IMG/VR virus record: IMGVR_UViG_3300034062_004597 | Coordinates: 1 to 63,541 of that record | Source of the DNA: a virus | Lineage: Duplodnaviria; Caudoviricetes | Length of the DNA: 63,541 nucleotides | Reading direction: 5' to 3' (one strand) | Shown: piece by piece, positions 47,800 to 57,568 of the stretch | How positions within the stretch are numbered: position 1 is the stretch's first letter | Layout: each line of letters opens with the position of its first letter | The notes under the pieces: generated by a model | The model's input: the letters and a program-made list of their open reading frames with translations, nothing else | Told to the model about the DNA's origin: nothing | Database searches by the model: none | Made by a program: the position numbers and the translations under genes

Positions 47800-48512
47800 G
47801 TACGAATTACGATGTAGCTGAAGTTTTTGGACGGTACACAAGTCACCAGGATATTTCCGACGTTGACCTGAGACCTAAAGACTGGTTGATCCTGCCTGTA
47901 GAGGGTGAGGAGATGATTTGCTACGAAGCGCAAGACCATACCACGATTAACCCAGGGCAACCAAATACTACCGTGACTCGTTGTAAGTTGGTTCTGAGTA
48001 CCAATATCCATCACCAAATTGGAGACGTGCGAGATATTGTACGTGAAAAGTTTGGTGTGCCTATCATGGGTACGGTGGTTCGCTATGAAGATAGGCAGAC
48101 AAAGATTGATCCAATCACTGCTCAGGGAATGATTCCTTTTGAGATTGTAAAGCTGATCGGATCAAAACATGCTGGTAAGAACCGTGTGAGTTTCAGCGAA
48201 GCACATGCTCACTTGCAAACCATTCAGCTATTCAACAAATGCGAAGTAGGAAGCAAAGAATATTTAGAGCAGAAGTCAATGATTTCTTATGCTTTGAAAC
48301 ACGCCAAGAATACCCTGAAGAGTCATGGTGCTTGGATTCGATTGCAGGTTGGGGCTGTTCATAGACCTTCACACTCGCAGCTTGACGCTCCACAGACTTC
48401 ATCCCAAGATGTAAAAGTTGTTGATTACGAACGACTTTGTATGGGGGTGTACATGTTGCTAACTTCTGGTATATTTGGCAACGTGGTAGTAAAGAACATG
48501 CCAGAGAAGTAA
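47796..48512 (+). CDS. hypothetical protein
   Basis: 238-aa coupled ORF. Confidence 0.7.
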   Translation: MSTNYDVAEVFGRYTSHQDISDVDLRPKDWLILPVEGEEMICYEAQDHTTINPGQPNTTVTRCKLVLSTNIHHQIGDVRDIVREKFGVPIMGTVVRYEDRQTKIDPITAQGMIPFEIVKLIGSKHAGKNRVSFSEAHAHLQTIQLFNKCEVGSKEYLEQKSMISYALKHAKNTLKSHGAWIRLQVGAVHRPSHSQLDAPQTSSQDVKVVDYERLCMGVYMLLTSGIFGNVVVKNMPEK

Positions 48513-48513
48513 C

Positions 48514-51500
48514 ATGATATACACTATAGGAAGGGTTGACGCTCCCGTAATTGTCGTCTTAACACAACCAAACTACGCAGACATTAAGAAAGGTGAACTT
48601 GCTTCTGGACAAGAACGAGACGCTATCTTATCTATCTTTGAAAGCAGAGGGATCAGCAGAGATGATGTTTGCATCACATGTGTGTACAACACAGACAATA
48701 AAATTGTATCAACAAAAGCAAATGCTGACCGCTATGTTGATAGCTGGTTAAAGCCGTTCATCAAATCACACAAGCGAAGATTGATCGTACCGATGGGTAA
48801 CGATGCTTCGTATGCTGTAGGCGTACTCAAAGACATTGCAGGCGTTAACTTAGTTCGTGGATCAAACTGTAGCTCTGAAGACTATCCAGGCGTACCGATC
48901 TTCCCAACAATCAATGTTTACTTTATCATGCAGACTCCTGATGAGGCAGATGATGTAAGTATCGACGTTCGCAACGCAGTAAACGCTCTAAGAGGATTTG
49001 ACTATAACTTGCCAGAACTTGACATTAGGGATTTGGAAACTCCTGATGACGTGCGAAATATGTTCCTCGAAGCGGCGGAAGAAGGTATCTGTGGATATGA
49101 CTTTGAAACTGATACTGGTGAGAAGCATATTGCAACGGCTGTAACAGCCTCGTTCTACACAGGAAGAAAGAATGACGATGGTGTGCCAATCGTTTACTTC
49201 TGGGGAGCTTATGATCTATTAGTTCCTAGATTCTCAGAAGACCATTTGAAGAAGATGGGGAAAGCATTCAAAGTGTTCTTCTCGAATGCAAAAGATAATT
49301 TCAAGTTGCTGGCCTGGAATATGGGCTTCGATGATGCTGTAGCTCAGCACAACTACTTCGATGACGAAGAGTGGGAAGGCTCTGACGAAGATGGAATGCT
49401 TTATGAGTGGGGAGTTGACAACAGAACTTATAACGGACTCAAAGAAGCTGCGTTCCGAAGGCTTGGCTATCCAAACTATGATGGCCCCGTTGATGAACAC
49501 GTTAAGGCTATCTCAGCTAGACGAGGAAAGAATCTAGTACACCCAGACGACTTCAGAACTCTCGAAAGATTTGGTCAAGAAGCACAAGTTGAAATTTTGA
49601 AGAGCGGCAAGGAAAAGCTGACTTGGCCTAAGACTCTCGATAAGAAGACAGCGGCATGGGCATTGGTTCCTTACGATGATCTTCGCCTGTACAATGCTTA
49701 CGACGCATACTTCACCGTTGAAGTTATCAAGGTTCTAAAGCCGCTGGTCAAGAAGTACAAACTCGAAAACTCGCAGAAGCTAAGACACCGAATCGCTAAG
49801 ATGTTTATGAAGTCCGAGCTTCGTGGATTCCAGTGCGACGTTAAAGCTAACAGAGAAATCAGTGCCGAGCTAGGTGAGTTAATTGAATCATCGAAGAATC
49901 TTTGCCTTAAAGAACTTGATGAACTATTCGAGGACATTAGAGTATTGGAGTTGAATGTGTCGGATGGCAAGTTTGTACTTAACTCTGGGGATAACCTTGC
50001 GAAAATTCTGTACGGTAAGCCGACTGCTATGCCAGCGATTGTTCCAGTGAATGAGCGTGTGAGCAAGAAGCACAAAGCAATTATCGCAGACTTCAACGCA
50101 GAGTTCTACTCGCAAACAGAGAAGGTTAAGGCATTAGTTGATTCTGGTGCTATGGACATCACAGCCATTGATGCGAAGATCAAACACGCATTCAACGTTG
50201 TACATGGCGATGCTGGTATACCATACACCACTTCGATGCAAGACCAATACCTGCACGGATTCTACGTACCAAAATTGTTCACTAAGAATGGTAAGCCATC
50301 TGTGACTGCTGGTGTGCTGAACAATCTTTACGCCGAAAAGCCAATGGAGTTGCTGAAGTACATTCTGATGTACAGACGTGCGTACAAGTTGAAGTCAACG
50401 TTTGTGGACTCGATTTACAATAAGCTGGACGCTGATGGTATTCTTCGCTACAGACTTAATGCTATTGGCACGAATACGGGCCGTGTGAGTTCTTGCGTTC
50501 AGCTTGGTACAGTTGTTAACACCATTGATGGGGCTAAGAACATTGAGGATTTGAAGATTGGCGACATGGTGCTAGGACATGATGGACTTTACCATGCTTG
50601 TGAATCTGATGCCTATACAAAACCACAAGCAATGTTCTACAGAGTGATCAATGCTAATGGTGATAGTATCGTATGTACTGAGAGCCATAGATTCTACACA
50701 GAAAGAGGTTGGAAGGATTGCAACCAATTAGTGCCTGGTTCAACACTCCTATACACATATAAGAATGGTGAATTCAGTTTGGTGGAAGTAGATCGGATTG
50801 AAAAAGAGTACGTAGGCATTCCCTGGGACGTTGCAGTTGAAGGATGTCATAGTTATGTTGCACAAGGGTTTGTAAACCATAACAGCAAGCCGAATTGCCA
50901 GAACTTTGTGAAGTATATTCGTGGACAAATGATTCCTCGTGAGGGTTATGAGTTTGTCGAGTTTGACCTTTCACAAGCTGAAATCCGTGCTATCGCTGCA
51001 TTCTCCGGTGACAAGAGACTTATCGCTGCTCTCTATGAGAAAGACATGCACCGATACATTGCATCTCTTATCTTCAAGAAGCCAATGGAAGAGGTTACGG
51101 ACTACGAACGTAAGGCCAGTAAAGCGCAACCATTGACATCCAATATCTTGACTCCGAATGGTTGGGTAAAGATGGGTGATTTGTCTGAGGGAGATTATGT
51201 AATTGGATCGAATGGTGGTGCCACGCGAGTCATGGGCATATTTCCACAGGGGGAAAAGCAGGTTTATAAGGTTAACGTAGGTGGACACGTAGTAGAATGC
51301 TCTGAAGATCACTGGTGGACTGTGTTTGATAGGAAGTATCGAAAGGATGTTTTGATGACCACAAAAGAAATACAAGATGCTGGTCTCAAATTTAACAAAA
51401 CAAATAGATTTGCTATTAAGACAGTTGACCCAGTAAAGTTCACTAAAACTCAACTGCCGCTGCACCCATACGTTTTAGGTGTTATGCTGGGTGATGGTCA

Positions 51501-52800
51501 CTTTACAGATTCATCCTTCTCTACTAATGACGTTGAGATAGCTGAAAGAGTCAGAGAATTGCTAGGGTGTGAGTACGAAGTCAGGTTGCTACCGAAAGAC
51601 GTACCAAACAAAGTAGATAGCTACAGGATAACGCAGGCATTCAAAGGAGCCAAATCTGGTAAGGCCTTAAATGCTATACTTCGTAATTTAGGATTTAACC
51701 ACAACAGCAAGTCGCATGAGAAATTTATCCCTGATATGTACAAGTACGCTAGTCTTGAAGACAGAATGTGGTTGTTGCGCGGACTAATGGACACTGATGG
51801 AACGTGCGATGCAAGTAAGCCGCAGGCTACGTACACAACTGTTAGTGATAGATTTCGAGATGACGTTATGGAGTTAGTGCGGTCACTCGGCGGCACAACC
51901 AGCAGCCACTCTGAGTACGGTAGTTACATAGATAAAGATGGCAACAAAGTACAAGGAAGATTGGCACATAGGGTCAGAGTCACCGTTCCGAATGATCCAT
52001 TCTCATTGGACAGAAAATCTAGTAGATGGAACATTAAGAAGTACCACGACAAAACGTTCATGCAACCAATTCTAGGTATTGAATCCACGGATGATTATGT
52101 GCCTATGCAGTGTATTCGTGTTGATAGTCCTGATAGCTTGTATGTAACTGATGGGTATGTCCTCACACATAATACGATCATCTTCGGGATTTTATACGGA
52201 CTCAGCCACATTAGCCTAGCTGTAGCCATCAATTGTAGCGAAGAAGAAGCACAAGACTTCATCGAATTCTTCTATGCTGCATTCCCTGATGTTAAGATTT
52301 GGCTTGATAAGCAGATCGAACTAGCAAAGGTTGCGCCGTACAAGGCACGAACTCCGTGGGGAACGATGCGATCCACAAAGAATATCTTCTCAGTCAGCAA
52401 GAAAGAAATCAAGCACATGGAGAACGTGTCTCAAAATATGCCGATCCAAGGTGCTGCTGGTGAACTGACACTTTACTACATCTGTGAAATCATGGATGAA
52501 GTGAAGCGTCAAGGATGGGATGTCCACATGATCAATACTACCCACGACTCCTGTACGCTGGAAGTACCGATTGGATTGTCTGAGCGTGTCATAGAGCTTG
52601 TGGAGAAGGTTGTGGCTGCCCCAGCACCCGTAGCTCCACTAGACACGGTTGTATTCAAGGCAGACATTGAAGTAAGCATGTTCTGGTCTTGTGAGCCTAA
52701 CGTCCGAAAGGCGATTGATCCAAAATACGACACTCCTGACTCAACATTCCCGTGGGATATTGTCCTCGGGATCGACGACACTGAACCTGTAACGGTTTGA
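48514..52800 (+). CDS. polA: family A DNA polymerase with N-terminal UDG-like domain and 3'-5' exonuclease; two inteins
   Basis: YDFET, NMGFD, YNAYD; TGRVSS; DLSQAEIR; K-TIIFGILYG; THDS. Confidence 0.95.
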   Translation: MIYTIGRVDAPVIVVLTQPNYADIKKGELASGQERDAILSIFESRGISRDDVCITCVYNTDNKIVSTKANADRYVDSWLKPFIKSHKRRLIVPMGNDASYAVGVLKDIAGVNLVRGSNCSSEDYPGVPIFPTINVYFIMQTPDEADDVSIDVRNAVNALRGFDYNLPELDIRDLETPDDVRNMFLEAAEEGICGYDFETDTGEKHIATAVTASFYTGRKNDDGVPIVYFWGAYDLLVPRFSEDHLKKMGKAFKVFFSNAKDNFKLLAWNMGFDDAVAQHNYFDDEEWEGSDEDGMLYEWGVDNRTYNGLKEAAFRRLGYPNYDGPVDEHVKAISARRGKNLVHPDDFRTLERFGQEAQVEILKSGKEKLTWPKTLDKKTAAWALVPYDDLRLYNAYDAYFTVEVIKVLKPLVKKYKLENSQKLRHRIAKMFMKSELRGFQCDVKANREISAELGELIESSKNLCLKELDELFEDIRVLELNVSDGKFVLNSGDNLAKILYGKPTAMPAIVPVNERVSKKHKAIIADFNAEFYSQTEKVKALVDSGAMDITAIDAKIKHAFNVVHGDAGIPYTTSMQDQYLHGFYVPKLFTKNGKPSVTAGVLNNLYAEKPMELLKYILMYRRAYKLKSTFVDSIYNKLDADGILRYRLNAIGTNTGRVSSCVQLGTVVNTIDGAKNIEDLKIGDMVLGHDGLYHACESDAYTKPQAMFYRVINANGDSIVCTESHRFYTERGWKDCNQLVPGSTLLYTYKNGEFSLVEVDRIEKEYVGIPWDVAVEGCHSYVAQGFVNHNSKPNCQNFVKYIRGQMIPREGYEFVEFDLSQAEIRAIAAFSGDKRLIAALYEKDMHRYIASLIFKKPMEEVTDYERKASKAQPLTSNILTPNGWVKMGDLSEGDYVIGSNGGATRVMGIFPQGEKQVYKVNVGGHVVECSEDHWWTVFDRKYRKDVLMTTKEIQDAGLKFNKTNRFAIKTVDPVKFTKTQLPLHPYVLGVMLGDGHFTDSSFSTNDVEIAERVRELLGCEYEVRLLPKDVPNKVDSYRITQAFKGAKSGKALNAILRNLGFNHNSKSHEKFIPDMYKYASLEDRMWLLRGLMDTDGTCDASKPQATYTTVSDRFRDDVMELVRSLGGTTSSHSEYGSYIDKDGNKVQGRLAHRVRVTVPNDPFSLDRKSSRWNIKKYHDKTFMQPILGIESTDDYVPMQCIRVDSPDSLYVTDGYVLTHNTIIFGILYGLSHISLAVAINCSEEEAQDFIEFFYAAFPDVKIWLDKQIELAKVAPYKARTPWGTMRSTKNIFSVSKKEIKHMENVSQNMPIQGAAGELTLYYICEIMDEVKRQGWDVHMINTTHDSCTLEVPIGLSERVIELVEKVVAAPAPVAPLDTVVFKADIEVSMFWSCEPNVRKAIDPKYDTPDSTFPWDIVLGIDDTEPVTV
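50494..50883 (+). mobile_element. mini-intein in PolA (130 aa)
   Basis: TGRVSS|CVQLGT...CTESH...FVNHN|SKPN; no endonuclease motifs. Confidence 0.9.
51124..52173 (+). mobile_element. class-3-type intein with LAGLIDADG endonuclease in PolA motif B (350 aa)
   Basis: K|AQPL...DHWW...LGVMLGDG...LRGLMDTDG...QCIRV...LTHN|T. Confidence 0.9.
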
Positions 52801-52877
52801 GGTACAATGATAGTAAGGCCCAGAGAGATTTTTGGAATTTATCTAAAGTTTTTTGGGCGGAACACGGAAAATAAGTA

Positions 52878-53495
52878 ATGACCGACCAGAAAGCGTTTGA
52901 CACCAAGGTAAGCGACCTAGAACAATCATTGATCAACTATGCTATCGTTAGCGCAACAGCAGTAACGAAGCGATCACCAGAGCAGGCTACTTTGTTTGGG
53001 AAGGCAGAAGAATACATTCGCCTGAACTTCAAAGAAGCAATCGAGCTTGAGATTCGAGATGACATCCACAAGATTAACGCTCGTAAGCTAAACATTGCAG
53101 AGCTTAATGAAAGACTTGACTCTCCAGACCTAAAGCCAAAGCCATTCCCGTCTGAGTACGCACACAATGCAGTATCGAATTATGTGGTTGGTACGGTTAA
53201 CACTGTCATGGAGCTTTACAGCATCCTAGAACGTGTTACGGTTGTCACTGAGTTCATTGATACTCGGTATGACCGAATCAAAGCTATCGTAAGGGCAGTA
53301 TTGTCCTCACACGAGAAAACAGAAGCTGATGCGATTACGCAATTGATCATCCCTAGCGATATTGCTCGAACGTTGCAATACCATAAGGAGATTGAGGAAA
53401 TTATCAAACTTCGCATTAAGGCTTTTGAGTACGCTGACTCGCAGATACAGAAATTGTTAAAGATCAATGTAGATGCGGTTCAAAAGAATCTGTAG
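52878..53495 (+). CDS. hypothetical helical protein
   Basis: 205 aa; GGTACAAT at 52801. Confidence 0.7.
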   Translation: MTDQKAFDTKVSDLEQSLINYAIVSATAVTKRSPEQATLFGKAEEYIRLNFKEAIELEIRDDIHKINARKLNIAELNERLDSPDLKPKPFPSEYAHNAVSNYVVGTVNTVMELYSILERVTVVTEFIDTRYDRIKAIVRAVLSSHEKTEADAITQLIIPSDIARTLQYHKEIEEIIKLRIKAFEYADSQIQKLLKINVDAVQKNL

Positions 53496-53548
53496 GAAAC
53501 AACTGTTTCTGACGACCCAAACAAATACACAAAAACACACATAACACA

Positions 53549-54445
53549 ATGAGTAACAACAAAGCATCAACATTATTTGGCAACCCAACAGACGCCTACG
53601 TAGCATCCGACGTTAAGAGCAACGAACGTGGTAACCCACTGGAGTTCACTTACCGAGGTAAGAGCGTACAGGTTGGCGAGTCATTCACATTCCGACTCCT
53701 TTCTCTCGATAAGCGAGTGGTTAAGGAAGTGCGAATGCGATCAATCAAGTATGTCGTTAACAAGAAGGATGGCGGTACGGCTACAATCTACAAGTCCATT
53801 CCAGCGTTTAGCGACGAAGAAATCAAGGGTAAGACAACTCCAGATGGTGAACCACTGTCTAGCTTCCCTGTGTCAACACAGTATCGACTTCCTGTGTTTG
53901 TCTACAGCAAGACTGTGAAGGATGGTAAGTCCACAAAGGTAGAGAAAGTTGAAGAACTTCGATTTATCTCTGTGACTCCAACCATGTACACCCAATTGCT
54001 CACAATTCCAGATTCGGAAACTGACAACGATTACTCGTTCAGCGAAGATTCTGCAAAGCCTGATTACGATTTGAAGATCGTGGCAGAGGCTGGCAAGGAC
54101 AAGGACAGTGTTCGATACCGAGTAACAGTATCCACGTCTAAGGATTCGTCTGAGCGATACCGTGTAACTGACGGTGAGGCATTGGCTCCTTGGGTCGAAG
54201 ATGGAACTCTTTCTAAGGAAGTTCGTCTTGCTGTGATCGAAGCTATGGGCTATGATCAGTCGATGGAATACCTTGAAGAGCAAATCAAGGCTAGCACATC
54301 ACGAGCCGATGATACCCGTCCAGCATCTGCTGTTCCAACGGGTGTGTTCAGCGGTGACGATGCGGCTGATGAGGTTGAAGAAGAATCGAAGCCTGCACCA
54401 AAGGAAAAGAAGTCGGCGGCAGCAGTCAAGTTTGATTTTGAATAA
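53549..54445 (+). CDS. putative single-stranded DNA-binding protein
   Basis: Acidic tail ending in FDFE; next to RecA. Confidence 0.6.
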   Translation: MSNNKASTLFGNPTDAYVASDVKSNERGNPLEFTYRGKSVQVGESFTFRLLSLDKRVVKEVRMRSIKYVVNKKDGGTATIYKSIPAFSDEEIKGKTTPDGEPLSSFPVSTQYRLPVFVYSKTVKDGKSTKVEKVEELRFISVTPTMYTQLLTIPDSETDNDYSFSEDSAKPDYDLKIVAEAGKDKDSVRYRVTVSTSKDSSERYRVTDGEALAPWVEDGTLSKEVRLAVIEAMGYDQSMEYLEEQIKASTSRADDTRPASAVPTGVFSGDDAADEVEEESKPAPKEKKSAAAVKFDFE

Positions 54446-54457
54446 GGAGAACATGTG

Positions 54458-54479
54458 GGGTGTTTGTACGCAGACACCC
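54458..54479 (+). promoter_or_regulatory. intergenic hairpin between the SSB and RecA genes
   Basis: GGGTGTTTG-TACG-CAGACACCC, no U-tract. Confidence 0.45.
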
Positions 54480-54491
54480 TGCTAAGCTATT

Positions 54492-55532
54492 ATGGGCAAA
54501 ATCAAAACAAAATTCGATGGCTTACCTGAGCCAACAGAGCCGCTAAAGGTTGAGTTTATCAGCACTGGTTCTGACGCAATTGACGCCATGCTCGGTGGTG
54601 GAATCCCAAGAACCCGCATTACGCAGGTTTATGGGCCAGAAGACTCGTGCAAAACTGTCTTTGCTTACCGCATTGCAGCTATGGCACAGCGCAAGTACCC
54701 TGACGAAGTTGTAGTATGGATTGACGTAGAACGTACATTCAATGCAGACTTTGCAGAGCTTAACGGTGTGGACATGTCGAGACTTCGGTATCACGCTGCG
54801 ACGAAAGCAGAAGATGTTGCAAATCTTCTTGTCAGGTACGCATGGGCAGAATCCGGTGTGTCACTAATCGTTGTGGATTCTATCGGTCACACTAATCCAG
54901 CATCTAGGATGGATGCTGAGGCGTTTGTTAAGGACTACAATCAAGCGATGGGTAAGAACCCGAAGATCAATACTGACATGGCAAAGAATGTCACCGAAGG
55001 TATTGCAAGGCCAGGTGGGGCTGCTGTCCTAGCTGTTAACCAGATTCGGTTCAAACTTGGCGGGTATGGTGATCCAGAAACAACTCCAGGTGGGCAGAAC
55101 TTGAAACACTCTCTGTCTCTTAACCTACGTGTTGGTAAGGCAAAATCAATTGATGTGCCAACTCCAGGGTATGGCGTAGAGATTCGGGTTCGTGTAAAGC
55201 GTTCTAAGTTGGGTAAGAGCAACGTAGCTACTACCGACAACAACCACTTGAAAGTGTACTTCGCCAAGGATGGTATCGAAGACGCTGACATTTACAATAT
55301 GCGGGATGAGGCCATTCGACGTGGTATCATCTCCAAGTCTGGTGCTTGGTACACAAGTACAGAAATTCCAGGCTTGAAGTCGCAAGGAGATGCAAAGCTG
55401 TTCGCACTGCTCAAGGGTAGCGCAGAACTGCAGGAAACACTCCGAAGGGCTATCGCAGAAGCTCCAGAGGCGTTTGTGTTCGGTGGGCAGGATGTACCTG
55501 AACTGGAAGATGAGTTGGACGCCGATCAATGA
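54492..55532 (+). CDS. recA: RecA/UvsX recombinase
   Basis: STGS..D.MLGGGIP, GPEDSCKT, IDVE, IVVDS, NQIR, PETTPGG, SGAWY. Confidence 0.93.
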   Translation: MGKIKTKFDGLPEPTEPLKVEFISTGSDAIDAMLGGGIPRTRITQVYGPEDSCKTVFAYRIAAMAQRKYPDEVVVWIDVERTFNADFAELNGVDMSRLRYHAATKAEDVANLLVRYAWAESGVSLIVVDSIGHTNPASRMDAEAFVKDYNQAMGKNPKINTDMAKNVTEGIARPGGAAVLAVNQIRFKLGGYGDPETTPGGQNLKHSLSLNLRVGKAKSIDVPTPGYGVEIRVRVKRSKLGKSNVATTDNNHLKVYFAKDGIEDADIYNMRDEAIRRGIISKSGAWYTSTEIPGLKSQGDAKLFALLKGSAELQETLRRAIAEAPEAFVFGGQDVPELEDELDADQ

Positions 55533-56218
55533 TAAAGTTAGTTGCTGAAGAATGTCTTCAAGACAAATTTGTACAGCAAGTAACAGAACGAGTATCGACT
55601 AGCGAGGATGCTAGTCGGTACTTGGAAAGTAGAGGAATTAACGAAGATGCTATATTCAAATTTGGAATTGGCTATTTTGATGATAGCGAATACTCTGCGT
55701 TTTATCGCAGGATACTTTTCCCGGTTAAAGACATGGCTGGGAATGTTCTGACCTACCAAGGCAGAGCAAACTTCCTGTGGAAAGAACTCGGTAAACCCAA
55801 GTATTGGCATGGTCAATATGACAAGTCAAACTTCCTTTATGGTCTGTACGAGAACTATCACAAGATTCTCAAAGAAGATTATGTCTTTGTGGTCGAAGGG
55901 CCAATAGATGTCATCTCTCTTTGGCAGGTGGGTGTTCCAGCAGTAGCACTATTCTCAACCGTTCTAACAAAACCCCAAGCTATGCTCCTGCGCATGTTCA
56001 CAAAGAACGTAGTGCTGCTGCTTGACGCAGACGAAGCTGGCGGCAAAGGGTCAAATAAAGCTGCTAAAGTGCTTGAAGATTTAGGCATGAACTATGTACA
56101 GGTGCGTTCTCCGGGCAAGGACGCCAACGAAATGTACTGCGATGACGAAATTGGCCCGGAAAAGTTGTATAATTCTTGTATGGAAGTGGTGAATGTTAAA
56201 TTCAGAACAATACTCTGA
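55529..56218 (+). CDS. DnaG-type primase catalytic (TOPRIM) subunit lacking the zinc domain
   Basis: YLESRG, RILFP, GR, PKY, VEGPID, LDADEAG, KDANE. Confidence 0.9.
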   Translation: MIKLVAEECLQDKFVQQVTERVSTSEDASRYLESRGINEDAIFKFGIGYFDDSEYSAFYRRILFPVKDMAGNVLTYQGRANFLWKELGKPKYWHGQYDKSNFLYGLYENYHKILKEDYVFVVEGPIDVISLWQVGVPAVALFSTVLTKPQAMLLRMFTKNVVLLLDADEAGGKGSNKAAKVLEDLGMNYVQVRSPGKDANEMYCDDEIGPEKLYNSCMEVVNVKFRTIL

Positions 56219-56567
56219 TTACTTGAAAGAAATTGATTCAGAGGTGAGAGGTGCGCTCAAAATCATTAGGATATGGGATGACGCCGCTTTTGAATACTTT
56301 GGATGTAGGTTGACAAAAAAGCAAGTGAAAAGGCTAGTAGGCAAGTTTCTCAAAAACGAGACTGCAGCCAGAATGGATGTAGTGGAGCTTGTTTACGAAG
56401 CTATTCGTAATACATTACTTGCGGAAGATGATTGGGACAATGCAGAAAAATTGCACAACGCATTTCACTCGTCTGTTTGCTGGAGTATTGAAGACAGGAA
56501 AGCTCGTGTGGCTGCACTAATGCAGGAACTTGTTATGGTTTCACAGGAGATACTTTGCGAACAATAA
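56193..56567 (+). CDS. hypothetical protein
   Basis: 124-aa coupled ORF. Confidence 0.6.
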   Translation: MLNSEQYSDYLKEIDSEVRGALKIIRIWDDAAFEYFGCRLTKKQVKRLVGKFLKNETAARMDVVELVYEAIRNTLLAEDDWDNAEKLHNAFHSSVCWSIEDRKARVAALMQELVMVSQEILCEQ

Positions 56568-57568
56568 AGCGAATCACACTCCATAACTACCTGAGTCATA
56601 AGGATACAACTCTCGATGATCTTGGGGATAGCGTCTGTATCAAAGGGCCAAACCAATCAGGTAAGTCCAACATCTACAATGCTGTATCGCTGGTACACAA
56701 CAACGAAGACTGGCCCGAGCAAGATTTGTTTATTGACAAGTCTGATCCGAACTCTAAACCTTCTATTGAAGGCTACGTTGAAATCGAGTATTCAGACGGC
56801 AGAATCATTCGCAGATCGAAGACAAAATCTAAGAACACCTATGTACTAACATACCCTGACGGTAGGCAAGAACACCTAGGAACAATCAGAGGAGCCGAGG
56901 ATAAGATCAATGAGTTCACTGGATTCATTCCGATGCGACTTTTTAAGGATGATCCAAAGGAAAAACCAGTGATGGTTCAGATGGTTCCACTAGACAACAC
57001 CACACCGTTCCTTATGACGGGTACAAGCCCAGCAGGAGTGCTTCAGGCGATCAACAGGCTATCCAGTGGGTCGCTGTATGATTCTGCCCGTAGACTTGCT
57101 GAGACGGATCACAAGAAGGTACAAGCTGAGCTATCTGCCCTAACCAGGCAGTCTGAGACGCTAAACACTTTGCTCAAAAGCTACGAAGAAAAGAAAGTAG
57201 TCGAAGCAGAAAGTAGGCTAAACGATTTGATCGAAGCCAACAAGAAGATTGATTCTTTGCAGGTAAGGCAACTAGGCATTGAAGCGTCCATTAAAGAATG
57301 TACGTCACTGAGCAAAGTTGACTTCGCTGGATTCAAAAAGTCCGCTGAGATTTTACGCGAGAAGCTAGATGAAGTCACAACTGGCGCAGAAGAATCCATC
57401 AGTAAGAAGAGAGCCAAACTCGATGCTGTGAACGCTGCGATAGTAAACATCGAAACCCTGAAGTCAAAGATAAAGTCAAAAATGAACACCATCAAAACAT
57501 TACAAGAAGAACTTGAAAAAATCAAGGATACAGTGCCGATCTGTGAAACTTGCGGGAGACCACTATGA
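56555..57568 (+). CDS. Rad50/SbcC N-terminal half (Walker A, coiled coil, Zn hook)
   Basis: LHNYLSH, GPNQSGKS, coiled coil, terminal CETCGRPL. Confidence 0.85.
   Translation: MRTIKRITLHNYLSHKDTTLDDLGDSVCIKGPNQSGKSNIYNAVSLVHNNEDWPEQDLFIDKSDPNSKPSIEGYVEIEYSDGRIIRRSKTKSKNTYVLTYPDGRQEHLGTIRGAEDKINEFTGFIPMRLFKDDPKEKPVMVQMVPLDNTTPFLMTGTSPAGVLQAINRLSSGSLYDSARRLAETDHKKVQAELSALTRQSETLNTLLKSYEEKKVVEAESRLNDLIEANKKIDSLQVRQLGIEASIKECTSLSKVDFAGFKKSAEILREKLDEVTTGAEESISKKRAKLDAVNAAIVNIETLKSKIKSKMNTIKTLQEELEKIKDTVPICETCGRPL

Noticed and set aside
52818-52858. Hairpin in the leader after polA as a riboswitch or terminator
   Set aside because: Stem relies on many G-U pairs, has no U-tract and no recognisable aptamer
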